Of a stretch of 64,000 bases of DNA, positions 20,016 to 29,549 are shown piece after piece (within the stretch, counting starts at the first letter, position 1; each line of letters opens with the position of its first letter). The notes beneath the pieces are model-generated. The model did no database searches, had not been told where the DNA came from, and saw only the letters and a list, made by a program, of their open reading frames with translations. The stretch lies in the IMG/VR virus record IMGVR_UViG_3300033076_001341, positions 63,940-127,939 of that record; one strand, given 5' to 3'. The stretch is from a virus (lineage: Duplodnaviria > Caudoviricetes). Both the position numbers and the translations under genes were made by a program.

Positions 20016-21140
20016 CTAAATCTGAGGTAAATCTTGCTCGTTGATATTTAATAGAACTCCTAAAGACCTTAAATATACAATAGTTATACTAACATCACCA
20101 TGTCCCATAAGTTGAGACAACTTTGGAAGGTCCTGAGTTCTTCTAAATAGCAATACGGCAGCCGTATGTCGTATACTGTACAGGGTGTGGTCTTTAGTTA
20201 CTACTTTGTCCTTCAACAGCTTACGCTTTACTTTTTTCCATATCGTTGAAAAGTATTCTTCGCTTTGATATGGTTTTTTCTTTTTGGTGAATATGTTATA
20301 ATCCGGTGGAAGCTCGTCAATCTGACGTTTAATTAACTCTTCCCGGACAAATCCAGGGACTGGTACAACGCGAAGTTGTCTGTTTTTAACTTCGTCCCCA
20401 TCCATTGAAATCATGGTTAACTGCTCGTTAAAGTGATCTCGATTAAGGTTTCTGATCTCTTTATGTGGTCTCAAAAAGCTTCCGTACATCAATAAAGCGC
20501 ACAGATAAAGATTGCTGTTTTCTGCTTTGATGTACTCTAATACTTGTTTGAATTGTTTTTCTGTAAACGCTCGGTTACGTTTAGGACTTTTCTTTTTTAC
20601 ACTGGTTAATGTTACGGGATTAACTCCGATCATTTTGTTCTCGACAAAAAGTGTAAATATCCCGCTAAGTCGATTGCGAACAATCATGTAATAAGCTGCT
20701 GATGATGTAATTGTATTTAAGTACGTTTGAATATCATCTTTAGTAATCAATGCTGTTCGAAGATGTTTGAGGTTCTTTATGTCCAGGTATTTGCGAAACT
20801 TTCTTGCCGCGTATTTAAAATCTTTCTTGTGGCGTTCCGAAAAACTTGCTGGATAAAGGCGCTCTAGATTCTCCTCCTGGAGATCCGTAGTCAATAAACT
20901 ACGGGGATGGTCAACACTATCAACAGGTTCCCAGCCGGCAAGCAACAGCTTATGGAGATGGTATTGCAACCTCTCCAATTCCTGCTGTCGATGTTTAAGA
21001 GTTGTACACGTTATCGGTGAACAATCCAATCCGACCTGGGACCCGTCATAGTAGCGTTTACGTTTTTTGTTGTAATAGAAAAAAACAAACCCGCGCTGGG
21101 TGAGTTCCTGAGGATTGTACACCTCCGGTTTTGTAAACAT
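20016..21140 (-). CDS. int: tyrosine recombinase / integrase
   Basis: Catalytic set R (FLRPHKE), K (VKN), HxxxxxRH (HTLYSIRH), GH, Y (IVYL); start taken at MFTKPE. Confidence 0.92.
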   Translation of the reverse strand: MFTKPEVYNPQELTQRGFVFFYYNKKRKRYYDGSQVGLDCSPITCTTLKHRQQELERLQYHLHKLLLAGWEPVDSVDHPRSLLTTDLQEENLERLYPASFSERHKKDFKYAARKFRKYLDIKNLKHLRTALITKDDIQTYLNTITSSAAYYMIVRNRLSGIFTLFVENKMIGVNPVTLTSVKKKSPKRNRAFTEKQFKQVLEYIKAENSNLYLCALLMYGSFLRPHKEIRNLNRDHFNEQLTMISMDGDEVKNRQLRVVPVPGFVREELIKRQIDELPPDYNIFTKKKKPYQSEEYFSTIWKKVKRKLLKDKVVTKDHTLYSIRHTAAVLLFRRTQDLPKLSQLMGHGDVSITIVYLRSLGVLLNINEQDLPQI

Positions 21141-21190
21141 TTGCAGTAAATTTTGTCTCTTTGAAAAAATAGTAATCAAGCAAAACGCTT

Positions 21191-21358
21191 GACAGCAGAG
21201 AGTTTGAAGGCAGTATCATGGGAAACTCATAACCCGAAGGTCCCAGGTTCGATCCCTGGCTTCGCAACAAAACAAGACCCACTACTACAGTGGGTTTTGT
21301 CGTTTTTATGAGGTTCTGATTTTTGCTTCATTTTACTGTCTCTGCTGTCTCTGCTGTT
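21191..21358 (+). other. putative attP: 3' half of a tRNA-Met(CAT) core (21226-21267) flanked by arm-type repeats
   Basis: CTCATAACCCGAAGGTC-CCAGG-TTCGATC-CCTGG-CTTCGCA-A with no 5' tRNA half; CTCTGCTGT(C/T) at 21340 and 21349 and its inverse GACAGCAGAG at 21191. Confidence 0.8.
21272..21307. terminator. hairpin terminator after the half tRNA
   Basis: ACAAGACCCACT-ACTAC-AGTGGGTTTTGT. Confidence 0.7.
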
Positions 21359-22248
21359 TAGTACTCCGAATTTAGTAAATCTACCTCTTTGGTACGGTAA
21401 CTGTCGGAGGTCGTGTAATAAGTAAATTCATTGAAGGTCAACTCCACGTCTTTTGCACGGTCTTCGATGGAAAATCCTTGATCATCATAGCAATGATCCG
21501 CCTCGTATTTGTCCATCAAGTCTCTAAAAAATTCAGCTAACGCATTCTCCAGTTCCTCGATGCATTTCGCTGCTTCAGCGCTTAACTCGTCGTTGTGGCG
21601 CCTCCAATCTCCCCTGACACGTAGTGAAATGTTTACCTCCGGAAAGCTCCCATCGTAACCATCCTGAATGCTTACATATACCTCGTTGATGTGCTCGGGT
21701 ATGAGTGCAATAGGGATTGTAAAGGTGCAGGGTTCAATGCCCACGTGATGGTAATCGTACTGGGAGTAATTGTCCGTTCCTCTGAACCCTACAAATCCGT
21801 CTTCAATAATGAAGTCGGCGGTTCCAGAAGCGGAGAATTCACCTGCCCAGCTTCCGTAATCCAGGTTGTCATACATTTCGTTGATGACAAATTGGTGGAT
21901 GCGGTCATAGAGCGTTTGTTTGTCACCGTCCCAAATTTCGTCTATTTGCTTGTTGTTGATGTTTAACCAGACAGATCCACTGTCTCCTCCGCCACTCCAT
22001 TCCAGCTGAATCCTGTTGCCGGCAAGGTGTAGGGAGCTGTAATAATCCATGGCAAGTTGACTGGTAATCACGACGTCATCGGTTTCCTTGTAAGGAAACT
22101 TGATTTCACCAGGTTCTATGTTAATGGATGGTTCTTTTGTCAACGGTGTTCCCATCATTTTGGCATGCAGAGCTTCACCCGCTGCTGCGTATTTTGAAAA
22201 TACTTCACTAGGGGTAAAAGGATGTGTTGTTTTTTCATCTGGTTCCAT
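21358..22248 (-). CDS. hypothetical protein (DUF6878-like)
   Basis: WSGGGDSG motif; paired with the DUF6915-like gene upstream. Confidence 0.6.
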   Translation of the reverse strand: MEPDEKTTHPFTPSEVFSKYAAAGEALHAKMMGTPLTKEPSINIEPGEIKFPYKETDDVVITSQLAMDYYSSLHLAGNRIQLEWSGGGDSGSVWLNINNKQIDEIWDGDKQTLYDRIHQFVINEMYDNLDYGSWAGEFSASGTADFIIEDGFVGFRGTDNYSQYDYHHVGIEPCTFTIPIALIPEHINEVYVSIQDGYDGSFPEVNISLRVRGDWRRHNDELSAEAAKCIEELENALAEFFRDLMDKYEADHCYDDQGFSIEDRAKDVELTFNEFTYYTTSDSYRTKEVDLLNSEY

Positions 22249-22612
22249 TTTCTTGTTTATCAATATTGTGTAACTGTCTACCAACTTTCATCATCCACTT
22301 GGTAGGTGTAAAATTGTCAAAGTACTGTTTGGCGGACGGGATAAATCCACAGTCCTCCTGGACATGCTGCTCTGCAATGACACGGGTAGGGACATTCTTG
22401 ATGCTGCCGTCCGTCATGGTAATGGGTGTCACGATACCGAATAAGGATTCGCATTGGAAGATCCCTTCGGAGTGGTGACGGAACGCGCGGTGACGAATGT
22501 CACCCACCCACGCCTTGGTTTCATCGAACCAGTTGTGGATGTGGATGTACTGCTCCCAGGTACCTCCATGTTTCTTTACAGATGATACTGCGTGATGATA
22601 CGGTGTTGCCAT
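22235..22612 (-). CDS. DUF6915-like protein
   Basis: PYHHAVSSVKKHGG, IHNWFDETK, RHRAFRHHSEGIF, EQHVQED. Confidence 0.75.
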   Translation of the reverse strand: MATPYHHAVSSVKKHGGTWEQYIHIHNWFDETKAWVGDIRHRAFRHHSEGIFQCESLFGIVTPITMTDGSIKNVPTRVIAEQHVQEDCGFIPSAKQYFDNFTPTKWMMKVGRQLHNIDKQENGTR

Positions 22613-22842
22613 TAGAAGTGATCTTTAATTGCTGCTACGGCAGCACGCTTGTTGATAGGTTCTCCTTCGGTAAAGGTGATGTCAGTTACCAGTTCGGGAG
22701 CACCGGTCTCAGGGTTTTCCTGGGTAGTCATGGTAAAGGGGAACTCCTCGTCGTCTTCGGTGAGTGTTCCGGCATATACCCGGGTAACCGCAAAGGGTTC
22801 GCGTTCCAGGTACACAGCTTCAGGTCCTAATATCTTACTCAT
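22612..22842 (-). CDS. hypothetical protein
   Basis: 76-aa ORF coupled to the next gene. Confidence 0.6.
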   Translation of the reverse strand: MSKILGPEAVYLEREPFAVTRVYAGTLTEDDEEFPFTMTTQENPETGAPELVTDITFTEGEPINKRAAVAAIKDHF

Positions 22843-22952
22843 ATTCTTTGTTGTTTACAGTGTTGGATTGTAGATTATCCGTAGTTTATTAGCGATAATC
22901 CATAAAAAAACCGGGACGTTGATCATCCCGGTTTACTCACATGTGTTGCCTC

Positions 22953-23306
22953 TTACTTAATCCTCCAGACTCGCCGGTATTTGTTGAGCTGGAGACGAGT
23001 AGTTACTGTAAATCCCGGCTTCATTTTCGCAAACTGGTTTGCTGCATAATGAATGGAGTTTGGATTTTCAGCATGCTTGTCTCCTGGAGGGATCAAAAAG
23101 CTGTCACCGACGTTCATTTGGTCAAATGGAAAGCGGTTCAGATTTGTGATCGACCGTACCCCACCAATGGGTACATTCTTGTCTACTATGTAAGGCGCTT
23201 CATCGGGTACCGCAATAGGTTGCGTTTTTACTTCGACTTTAACCGGTGGTTTCACTTTGGATTTAGTGGAAACCTTTCGTTTAGACTTTGACTTAACAGT
23301 AGACAT
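22953..23306 (-). CDS. small basic DNA-binding-like protein
   Basis: VDKNVPI, FPFDQMNVGDSF, RVWRIK. Confidence 0.65.
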   Translation of the reverse strand: MSTVKSKSKRKVSTKSKVKPPVKVEVKTQPIAVPDEAPYIVDKNVPIGGVRSITNLNRFPFDQMNVGDSFLIPPGDKHAENPNSIHYAANQFAKMKPGFTVTTRLQLNKYRRVWRIK

Positions 23307-23395
23307 CGTGTAGAGTTTAGGTTATTGTCTACAAATAAATGCATTTTAGTATATCAACCAATAAATGTTTACACTTTGTATTGAAATACCAGTGT

Positions 23396-23683
23396 TTACT
23401 TGTAGGCATCCATCAAAATCTGGTTCGCAAATGTCATCATCGCACTAGCCGCCTCTTGCAAAACTTCCAGAAACTCCTCCTTGGTGCAATCGTCGTATTC
23501 CTTGATGGAATCAGCAATTCCGCTGACGTCGTCGAATTCGTAGGGGATACATGGTCTCCAGGAATTCTTTTTACAACGAATCACAAACCCGGCACCACTC
23601 TCGGTAAAAGCGTAGTAATTGAAATATTCCGTGGACCTATCCGGTTTCCACTTCTTAAACATGACAAGGTTGAATCGTGTCAT
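23396..23683 (-). CDS. hypothetical protein
   Basis: ORF track. Confidence 0.55.
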   Translation of the reverse strand: MTRFNLVMFKKWKPDRSTEYFNYYAFTESGAGFVIRCKKNSWRPCIPYEFDDVSGIADSIKEYDDCTKEEFLEVLQEAASAMMTFANQILMDAYK

Positions 23684-24234
23684 AATTTGTCCAAGTGTTT
23701 ACCGGTAAATGATTGGAATGTCTGTAGGAATTCCTCGTCTAGCGCTCTCTTTTTATCATGCTGTGCTTTCCATTCAGCAACCTGAGCAAAGTAGTGCTCG
23801 GTAAAGGGTTTGTCATCCAGGACAGTCAACACCTCTTCCAGCCCCCAGGTGTGATACTTGCTGAGTAAACACTCCGGATCAGCACCAATTTGCGCTGCCT
23901 GTAGAAGCGCTTTGACCCCATCTCCAATCGAGTTGAGTTCCCAGTACGCTTCGACAAATGAACTCTCCATCAGCTCTTCAAAATCTGCCAAGCTGGTGAC
24001 TTGCTTAGTGATCAGTCGTTTGTTTTCCGCGTGCAGGTACATGACCGGAAACGGAAATGTTTTGTTACTGGTCAATGGTTTGGCAGTCACGCGACATAAG
24101 TCTACCTGCTGCAGAAAAGCCTCCAGCACGCGGTTAAGCTTCTCGCTGTTAAACGATTTGTGCATCAACAGCATTTCCTGTGTCAGATTGATCAACTCGT
24201 TGAGTCGTGGAAATTCTCTTGGATCGGGTTTCAT
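23680..24234 (-). CDS. hypothetical protein
   Basis: Probable start MKPDP, overlapping the upstream stop. Confidence 0.6.
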   Translation of the reverse strand: MKPDPREFPRLNELINLTQEMLLMHKSFNSEKLNRVLEAFLQQVDLCRVTAKPLTSNKTFPFPVMYLHAENKRLITKQVTSLADFEELMESSFVEAYWELNSIGDGVKALLQAAQIGADPECLLSKYHTWGLEEVLTVLDDKPFTEHYFAQVAEWKAQHDKKRALDEEFLQTFQSFTGKHLDKL

Positions 24235-24716
24235 AGTCGTATGATTAGTTCTTCTAACGTAATTGGTTTGTATGCCACTCGTTCGCAGGAGACGCACCAG
24301 TAATTGGGTTCCCCTACTTCTTTGTCATGAATGTGACCATGGATGTTACCCCGCACATCCCGGTAGGTAAGCTCCGTAGGGTGTACCGGACAGTGAGTCA
24401 GGAAGAATCCTTTGTAATGAACCATGCCGCCGACGCTTTCCACGTGATTTAGCAACTCCCGGGTATGCTGCCGGCGATCATGATTACCTAGTACGACGTG
24501 CTTGATCCCGTTGAGACGATCCAGCAGTTTATAGGGTTCTTTCTTTTCCATGGTGACGTCACCCAGGATATAGGTAACGTCTCGTTTGTCCACGATTTTG
24601 TTCCATTCCTGGATGAGGTGCTCATCGTGTGCTTCGACTGAATCGAAACCACGACGCTTTGCCATGTTCTGGTGACCAAGATGCAGGTCAGCGATAAAAC
24701 GTACAACGCCTGCCAT
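24231..24716 (-). CDS. calcineurin-like metallophosphoesterase
   Basis: DLHLGH, LGD, GNHD, HGHIH. Confidence 0.9.
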   Translation of the reverse strand: MAGVVRFIADLHLGHQNMAKRRGFDSVEAHDEHLIQEWNKIVDKRDVTYILGDVTMEKKEPYKLLDRLNGIKHVVLGNHDRRQHTRELLNHVESVGGMVHYKGFFLTHCPVHPTELTYRDVRGNIHGHIHDKEVGEPNYWCVSCERVAYKPITLEELIIRL

Positions 24717-24940
24717 TACTCCGATGCGATGTCAAATTGGTCACCAATACCACGAAGGGATTTTCCCAGTTGTTTAGCAAGATTTCTCAATGCATTAGGT
24801 TTCAGGGATGCTAACCATTCGTCTTGTTTTGCTTCCGTGCAATCTTCAAAGCACGTGGGTTGTCTTTTTTCTTCACCTTCGAACTGTTCAAAGATGTAGA
24901 TACCGGACAGGTTTCTGCGTTTAGGTTCTGGATTCGTCAT
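24716..24940 (-). CDS. hypothetical protein
   Basis: Coupled ORF. Confidence 0.6.
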   Translation of the reverse strand: MTNPEPKRRNLSGIYIFEQFEGEEKRQPTCFEDCTEAKQDEWLASLKPNALRNLAKQLGKSLRGIGDQFDIASE

Positions 24941-25253
24941 GGAATGTGTTCATTACAAGCTCCCTTTTGAGCTTTTGGTTTTCTTTTGATAGTTCTTCAA
25001 TTCGGTCAATAGGTCCGTCTGGTCCTACACCGCACCACAAAGAGAGCAATACGATTTGGTCTTTCTCTCCTCCTTTTTCCCAGTATACACTGGCAAGTTT
25101 GGTTATGCGGGGACTGTTGGTTTCAGCAACTTCTTTCAAGAAATTGATCTGACCGTTCAGGATCTGCAGCATGTTCTCATTGAACGTTTGAGGACGGCGG
25201 TAAACCGTCCACGCCCACTTGATTGCGTTAAGGACTCGTTTCATACTGTTCAC
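24921..25253 (-). CDS. hypothetical protein
   Basis: ORF track. Confidence 0.55.
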   Translation of the reverse strand: MNSMKRVLNAIKWAWTVYRRPQTFNENMLQILNGQINFLKEVAETNSPRITKLASVYWEKGGEKDQIVLLSLWCGVGPDGPIDRIEELSKENQKLKRELVMNTFHDESRT

Positions 25254-25968
25254 GTTTGATTTCTCCCACAGAGGTTACACCGTCTTCATAGATCAGGAAC
25301 TGACCATGCTTGTTGTGTAATTTGTCGATGAAGTGATAGCGACCGTTGGTCAACTCATGCTCAATGATGTCAATCTTTACCGCTGTATGACCAACAACCT
25401 GTACTAAACTGGGTTCCAGTGAATCACGGTTGACAGCAATCAAACTTGCTGGTCTGATCCATACAGGAGTCTGGTACGTGTTGTCACCATAGGGGTTTGT
25501 ACCGTTGTGATCAAAGAACGTTTTGTTTTCTTCATACAGCTCATTGACAATGTCTGCAATCTTGAGAGTGTCAACCTCTTTAAACCCCATCATGCTCAAC
25601 CACTCGACGCTCACACCGGCATGCGTGCACAAGAATCCTTCGAACTGGTAAGCCATTTGCAGATGCTGCTTGTTGCTGTCCAGTTGGTGTCGGATCTCCA
25701 GGGCATGCTTGGATTGATATCCGCTGTACTGAGCGGGAAACCCGGGCATGTAGTGGATGTCGTGGTTACCGATCAGCATGATGACTTCACACTGTCCGGA
25801 CTCTTTAAAAGCGATGATGTCTTTAAAGTTTGCAAGCTGCACGGCAGCAGAGAGGTCAAAAGAATCAAAGTAGTCACCGATAAAGATGACTCGGTCGGGT
25901 TGTTCCTGTGAGACGATATCTTTCCAGATATCACGACCATGTATGTCTCCGATAAAAATTGTTTTCAT
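25228..25968 (-). CDS. metallophosphoesterase (Ser/Thr phosphatase-like)
   Basis: GDIHG, GDYFD, GNHD, THAG, VGHT. Confidence 0.9.
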   Translation of the reverse strand: MKTIFIGDIHGRDIWKDIVSQEQPDRVIFIGDYFDSFDLSAAVQLANFKDIIAFKESGQCEVIMLIGNHDIHYMPGFPAQYSGYQSKHALEIRHQLDSNKQHLQMAYQFEGFLCTHAGVSVEWLSMMGFKEVDTLKIADIVNELYEENKTFFDHNGTNPYGDNTYQTPVWIRPASLIAVNRDSLEPSLVQVVGHTAVKIDIIEHELTNGRYHFIDKLHNKHGQFLIYEDGVTSVGEIKREQYETSP

Positions 25969-26843
25969 TAAAATATGTAGCGGATTTTGCACCACGGGAT
26001 GCTGAATTCCAATAGATTTTTAAACATGTTAATGTAGGATGCTTTAAGACCAGCTTTGTAGCGCAGGTTCTTGCCTCCGTACTCGCTTGTCTTACTCTCC
26101 TGGATGTCCGGACGCCATAGCAAGTATTCACCAGGTAAATCATGCTTGACATTGTACTCGTGTTTCTCCCGGTTATGCGTTAGAAAGATTACCTCCGCTT
26201 TTACAAACCGTTTGTATTCCTCTTTCACTTTCCAGTCTATTTCCTGGAACAGTTTGGTATAGAGGTCCAACCAGTTGCTGGAGACGATGACCGGAGAGAA
26301 ATTGATGTGCACGTCGTATCCTGCTTCAATGAAATCATTGATCGCAGCAATCCGCTCAGAGATAAGACTGGTGTTTGGTTCCAGAATGGTACTGAAATAC
26401 TGAGGCATCAGAGAAAAACGAATACGTACTTTTTTGTTCGGATTGTAGGAAAGCAAATCACGGTTCACATACTTGGTAGCAAATGATCCGACCGCATGGG
26501 CGTGACCATTGAAGAACTCAAAGATCTCTTCCCACTTGTGATACTTGGCATGAAGCGCAAAGTCTTCATTACACGAGATGTCATAGGTAATGAACTCATC
26601 GTGTGTTTGATTGGGTTTGTCCACTACTGCAAAGTGGGCATGGTTGTTAATCATCGTCAGGATCTCCCAGTGGTTCTTAGCAATGCTGAGACCTTCCGGG
26701 AGATGACGTTTCATGTAGCAGTAAGTACAATTGTACAGGCACCCATATCCGAAGCTGGGTGCGATAAAGTCCGTTGACCGCCCGCTTGGACGGATCAACA
26801 TGGACTTGCGTACAACGTTCTCGATAAGGGGTTTTGTGTGCAT
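25968..26843 (-). CDS. splB: spore photoproduct lyase-like radical SAM protein
   Basis: GCLYNCTYCY (CxxxCxxC), ATKYVN, RIRFSL, EP.T...ERI.AIN..IEAGY.V..NFSPVI. Confidence 0.8.
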   Translation of the reverse strand: MHTKPLIENVVRKSMLIRPSGRSTDFIAPSFGYGCLYNCTYCYMKRHLPEGLSIAKNHWEILTMINNHAHFAVVDKPNQTHDEFITYDISCNEDFALHAKYHKWEEIFEFFNGHAHAVGSFATKYVNRDLLSYNPNKKVRIRFSLMPQYFSTILEPNTSLISERIAAINDFIEAGYDVHINFSPVIVSSNWLDLYTKLFQEIDWKVKEEYKRFVKAEVIFLTHNREKHEYNVKHDLPGEYLLWRPDIQESKTSEYGGKNLRYKAGLKASYINMFKNLLEFSIPWCKIRYIF

Positions 26844-27082
26844 TAACGAATGTTTCTGACCACTGAAATCTTCGTGCTACTGAATGGGTAGTACGAGAGT
26901 GCATAGATCTGTTTAGTAATGGTGTCTTCTACCATAATCTCGTAACCCTGGTTAGCTAAAATGCTGGTAGAAGGTGTTACGATTGAATTGGGATACTTTT
27001 TCTGAGCATCGGCAAGTCTGTCGAAGTCTGATACGCATGATGTCGTTCCGATCACCAATAGCGCGATTAATAATTTTTTCAT
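26843..27082 (-). CDS. small lipoprotein
   Basis: MKKLLIALLVIGTTSC lipobox. Confidence 0.65.
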   Translation of the reverse strand: MKKLLIALLVIGTTSCVSDFDRLADAQKKYPNSIVTPSTSILANQGYEIMVEDTITKQIYALSYYPFSSTKISVVRNIR

Positions 27083-27567
27083 AGGTTTTGTTCTGAATCA
27101 ATTTTACGTCCTACGTTGCGCAGGAATTCACTGTGGGGAAACCAAGCTTTTGCAAGTTCTTGCTTTGAAAATTTAGGATCGTCAAAACTGCACATGCGGT
27201 TCGCTTTAGGAACAAGCGCTCTACACTGTGCAGGACGGGTAATCCAATCGAGTTGACAACCGGTGTCTCCAAGAAATACACATTGTCCACCCCAGCTAAA
27301 ATCAAATACTTGGTTTCTTGCTTTAATAGTTTGCGGACGCAGGTAAAACACTTGAGTTATGTCACGACCATCATTAAACGGGTTGTTTTCCCAACAGTCA
27401 ATAGCGTAACCTCCTTCGGAGATTAGATGTGTCAAAAATTCTTCGCTCATCTCAATGTCATCGGGATGCACGATACCTGGCATTTTCTTGCAGCATTGAC
27501 CCCCGCAGGGACCGCAGATGTCAGGATTTTGATTGTCAATGATAAAGGGTTTGCTAAGAATGTTCAT
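27079..27567 (-). CDS. YkgJ-like cysteine-cluster (Fe-S/Zn) protein
   Basis: CGPCGGQCC, CVFL...GC, RPAQCR. Confidence 0.75.
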   Translation of the reverse strand: MNILSKPFIIDNQNPDICGPCGGQCCKKMPGIVHPDDIEMSEEFLTHLISEGGYAIDCWENNPFNDGRDITQVFYLRPQTIKARNQVFDFSWGGQCVFLGDTGCQLDWITRPAQCRALVPKANRMCSFDDPKFSKQELAKAWFPHSEFLRNVGRKIDSEQNL

Positions 27568-28646
27568 TAGTTACTAAGAGGCGCTTTGATAGCAGGGTGT
27601 GAACTGTAGTTTAACAAGTCGAAGTCGTTCAGTTCGTGATGAGCAATGTCATCCAGCGGACCTGAAGAGATACGGATCTGAGGTAAGTCGTACGACTCTC
27701 TGTAGATCTGCATCTTGGCTTGCTCAAGGTGGTTCAAATAGAGGTGTGTATCACCAAGGTTTCCGATGAGTTCATCTGGAATCATGTTAACATGCTTGGC
27801 GATGATCTCCAGGAGAAGACCGTACGATGCAATGTTAAACGGGAGACCGAGAAACGTGTCGACACTGCGCTGATTCCACATTAGAGAAATTGCTCGAGTA
27901 GGGATGTGTAATTCATCATAATATTTATCAGACTTAATATCATCAGTACCCACTGGATATTTTGTATAATAAATATCAGTTCTTTCACCCCAACTCAACT
28001 CCCTGGTGTACAACTGAAACCCGTAGTGACACGGTGGTAGCACCATGTTCTGGATCTCTCCTACATTCCAGGCAGATACCATCAACCTTCTTGAGTCTGG
28101 GTTTGTTTTAAGGTCGTTGATTAGGTTTTGAATTTGGTCCAAATAGATTGGCTGATCATCATCAGTTAAATCTTGTAAACCACCCCACTGTCTCCACTGC
28201 TTACCATAAATTGGTCCTAATTCACCCCACTTCTTAGCAAACTCATCATCGGTTTTGATTTTGTCAATGAATTCTTCTATTGTAAATGGTTCAGTTAATG
28301 TTCTATTTTTCTTAGAATTCTCTAATAATTTGGTTTTACCAACATATTCACCTTTATTATATCTTTTAATATAGGCTTGGTAAGCATCACCATTCCAGAT
28401 GTTGCAGTTGTTGTCAACCAGGAACTTGATGTTGGTGTCACCACGCAGGAACCAAATGAGTTCCGTAACGATTTGTTTCCACGCCATCTTCTTGGTAGTC
28501 AGCAACGGGAACCCCTCCCGCATGTTGTGGCGGATTTGCCGACCAAATACAGATTTTGTTCCTGTACCGGTGCGGTCCTGCTTGGTCACCCCGTTATCAA
28601 GGATATCCTGTAGCAAGTTCTGGTAGTCTTTATCTAGTTTGTTCAT
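27567..28646 (-). CDS. thyA: thymidylate synthase
   Basis: DRTGTGT, FPLLTTKK, YGKQWR, LPPCH, QRSVD..LGLPFNIASY, GDTHLY. Confidence 0.97.
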   Translation of the reverse strand: MNKLDKDYQNLLQDILDNGVTKQDRTGTGTKSVFGRQIRHNMREGFPLLTTKKMAWKQIVTELIWFLRGDTNIKFLVDNNCNIWNGDAYQAYIKRYNKGEYVGKTKLLENSKKNRTLTEPFTIEEFIDKIKTDDEFAKKWGELGPIYGKQWRQWGGLQDLTDDDQPIYLDQIQNLINDLKTNPDSRRLMVSAWNVGEIQNMVLPPCHYGFQLYTRELSWGERTDIYYTKYPVGTDDIKSDKYYDELHIPTRAISLMWNQRSVDTFLGLPFNIASYGLLLEIIAKHVNMIPDELIGNLGDTHLYLNHLEQAKMQIYRESYDLPQIRISSGPLDDIAHHELNDFDLLNYSSHPAIKAPLSN

Positions 28647-29281
28647 TAGTGTCCGTAGTAGATTAGTACGTTGTTCTCGAAATCAAAGTTTCGGTAGAGA
28701 CTGACCATCTGAAAGATCGAGTGTTCAAACTTCCAGCTGCTGATCATTTCGCTTTCGGGATCTAGTGAGTAAGGACGTTGTTCGTTACCACCCCATCCTC
28801 CGATACCCCACTCACCTGCTATGTCTTGAACATGTTTAAATATTTCAAAGAGTGCACCGTTGCTTGTGTCATCGGGTACCAGCTCATTTAAGAAGTCTGC
28901 TTTGTACTCACCGCTTGGATTCTTAAATGGTTCCAGCAGGGCTGTGTAGTAAGACCGGACCTTTTCGGAGTAGTACTCAATCAGTTCCGCTAGAAACTCT
29001 TTCTCTACTTTGACAAACTCGCAGTCACTATTGTGAAACATCTCATTCAGTTCTGGATCAGAAAAGGCAGGAGTAAAAAACTTCTCGTCAAAAGAGTCAA
29101 CGTATTTACCAAGTTCCAGCAGATCGTCTTTAATTACAGAACGAAATGATAAATAATCACGTTCTTCCGGATCTTCATGGTAAGTGTGCCCTTTGTGTTT
29201 GTAAAACTCTTCTAGAGTCATGTCTTTGATAGTCTCGTAGTCCGCCTTCGGCAGTGTTCCGAGGTAATTTCTGTAACCCAT
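28646..29281 (-). CDS. hypothetical protein
   Basis: 211-aa coupled ORF. Confidence 0.7.
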   Translation of the reverse strand: MGYRNYLGTLPKADYETIKDMTLEEFYKHKGHTYHEDPEERDYLSFRSVIKDDLLELGKYVDSFDEKFFTPAFSDPELNEMFHNSDCEFVKVEKEFLAELIEYYSEKVRSYYTALLEPFKNPSGEYKADFLNELVPDDTSNGALFEIFKHVQDIAGEWGIGGWGGNEQRPYSLDPESEMISSWKFEHSIFQMVSLYRNFDFENNVLIYYGH

Positions 29282-29490
29282 TATGTTGTTTCCTTGATTG
29301 TGTGAATAGATACAGCGTCAAAATTGTTACGGATGTACAACTTTGCCTGCTTGAGGTGATCGTCTGTATGATGTTGTTCTCTGAACAACTCATAGTGTGC
29401 ACCTTGAGGTCCGGTGAGGAAGCTGCGGTAGAAGAAATCTTCATGTTCTGGACCTGTTACTCCTTCGGGTCTGAATTCTTTAAGAGTCAT
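29281..29490 (-). CDS. hypothetical protein
   Basis: Coupled ORF. Confidence 0.5.
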   Translation of the reverse strand: MTLKEFRPEGVTGPEHEDFFYRSFLTGPQGAHYELFREQHHTDDHLKQAKLYIRNNFDAVSIHTIKETT

Positions 29491-29505
29491 AGTGTTAAAA
29501 TTTAG

Positions 29506-29549
29506 AACTGGTGCAGGGAGTCGAACCCTGCACGTGTACCATACCAGTT
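29506..29549 (-). ncRNA. tRNA minihelix-like element (acceptor-like stem + T arm)
   Basis: AACTGGT-ATGGTACACGT-GCAGGG-TTCGACT-CCCTGC-ACCAGTT. Confidence 0.5.

Noticed and set aside
21226-21267. Functional tRNA-Met gene
   Set aside because: The 5' acceptor strand and D arm are missing; better explained as an att core
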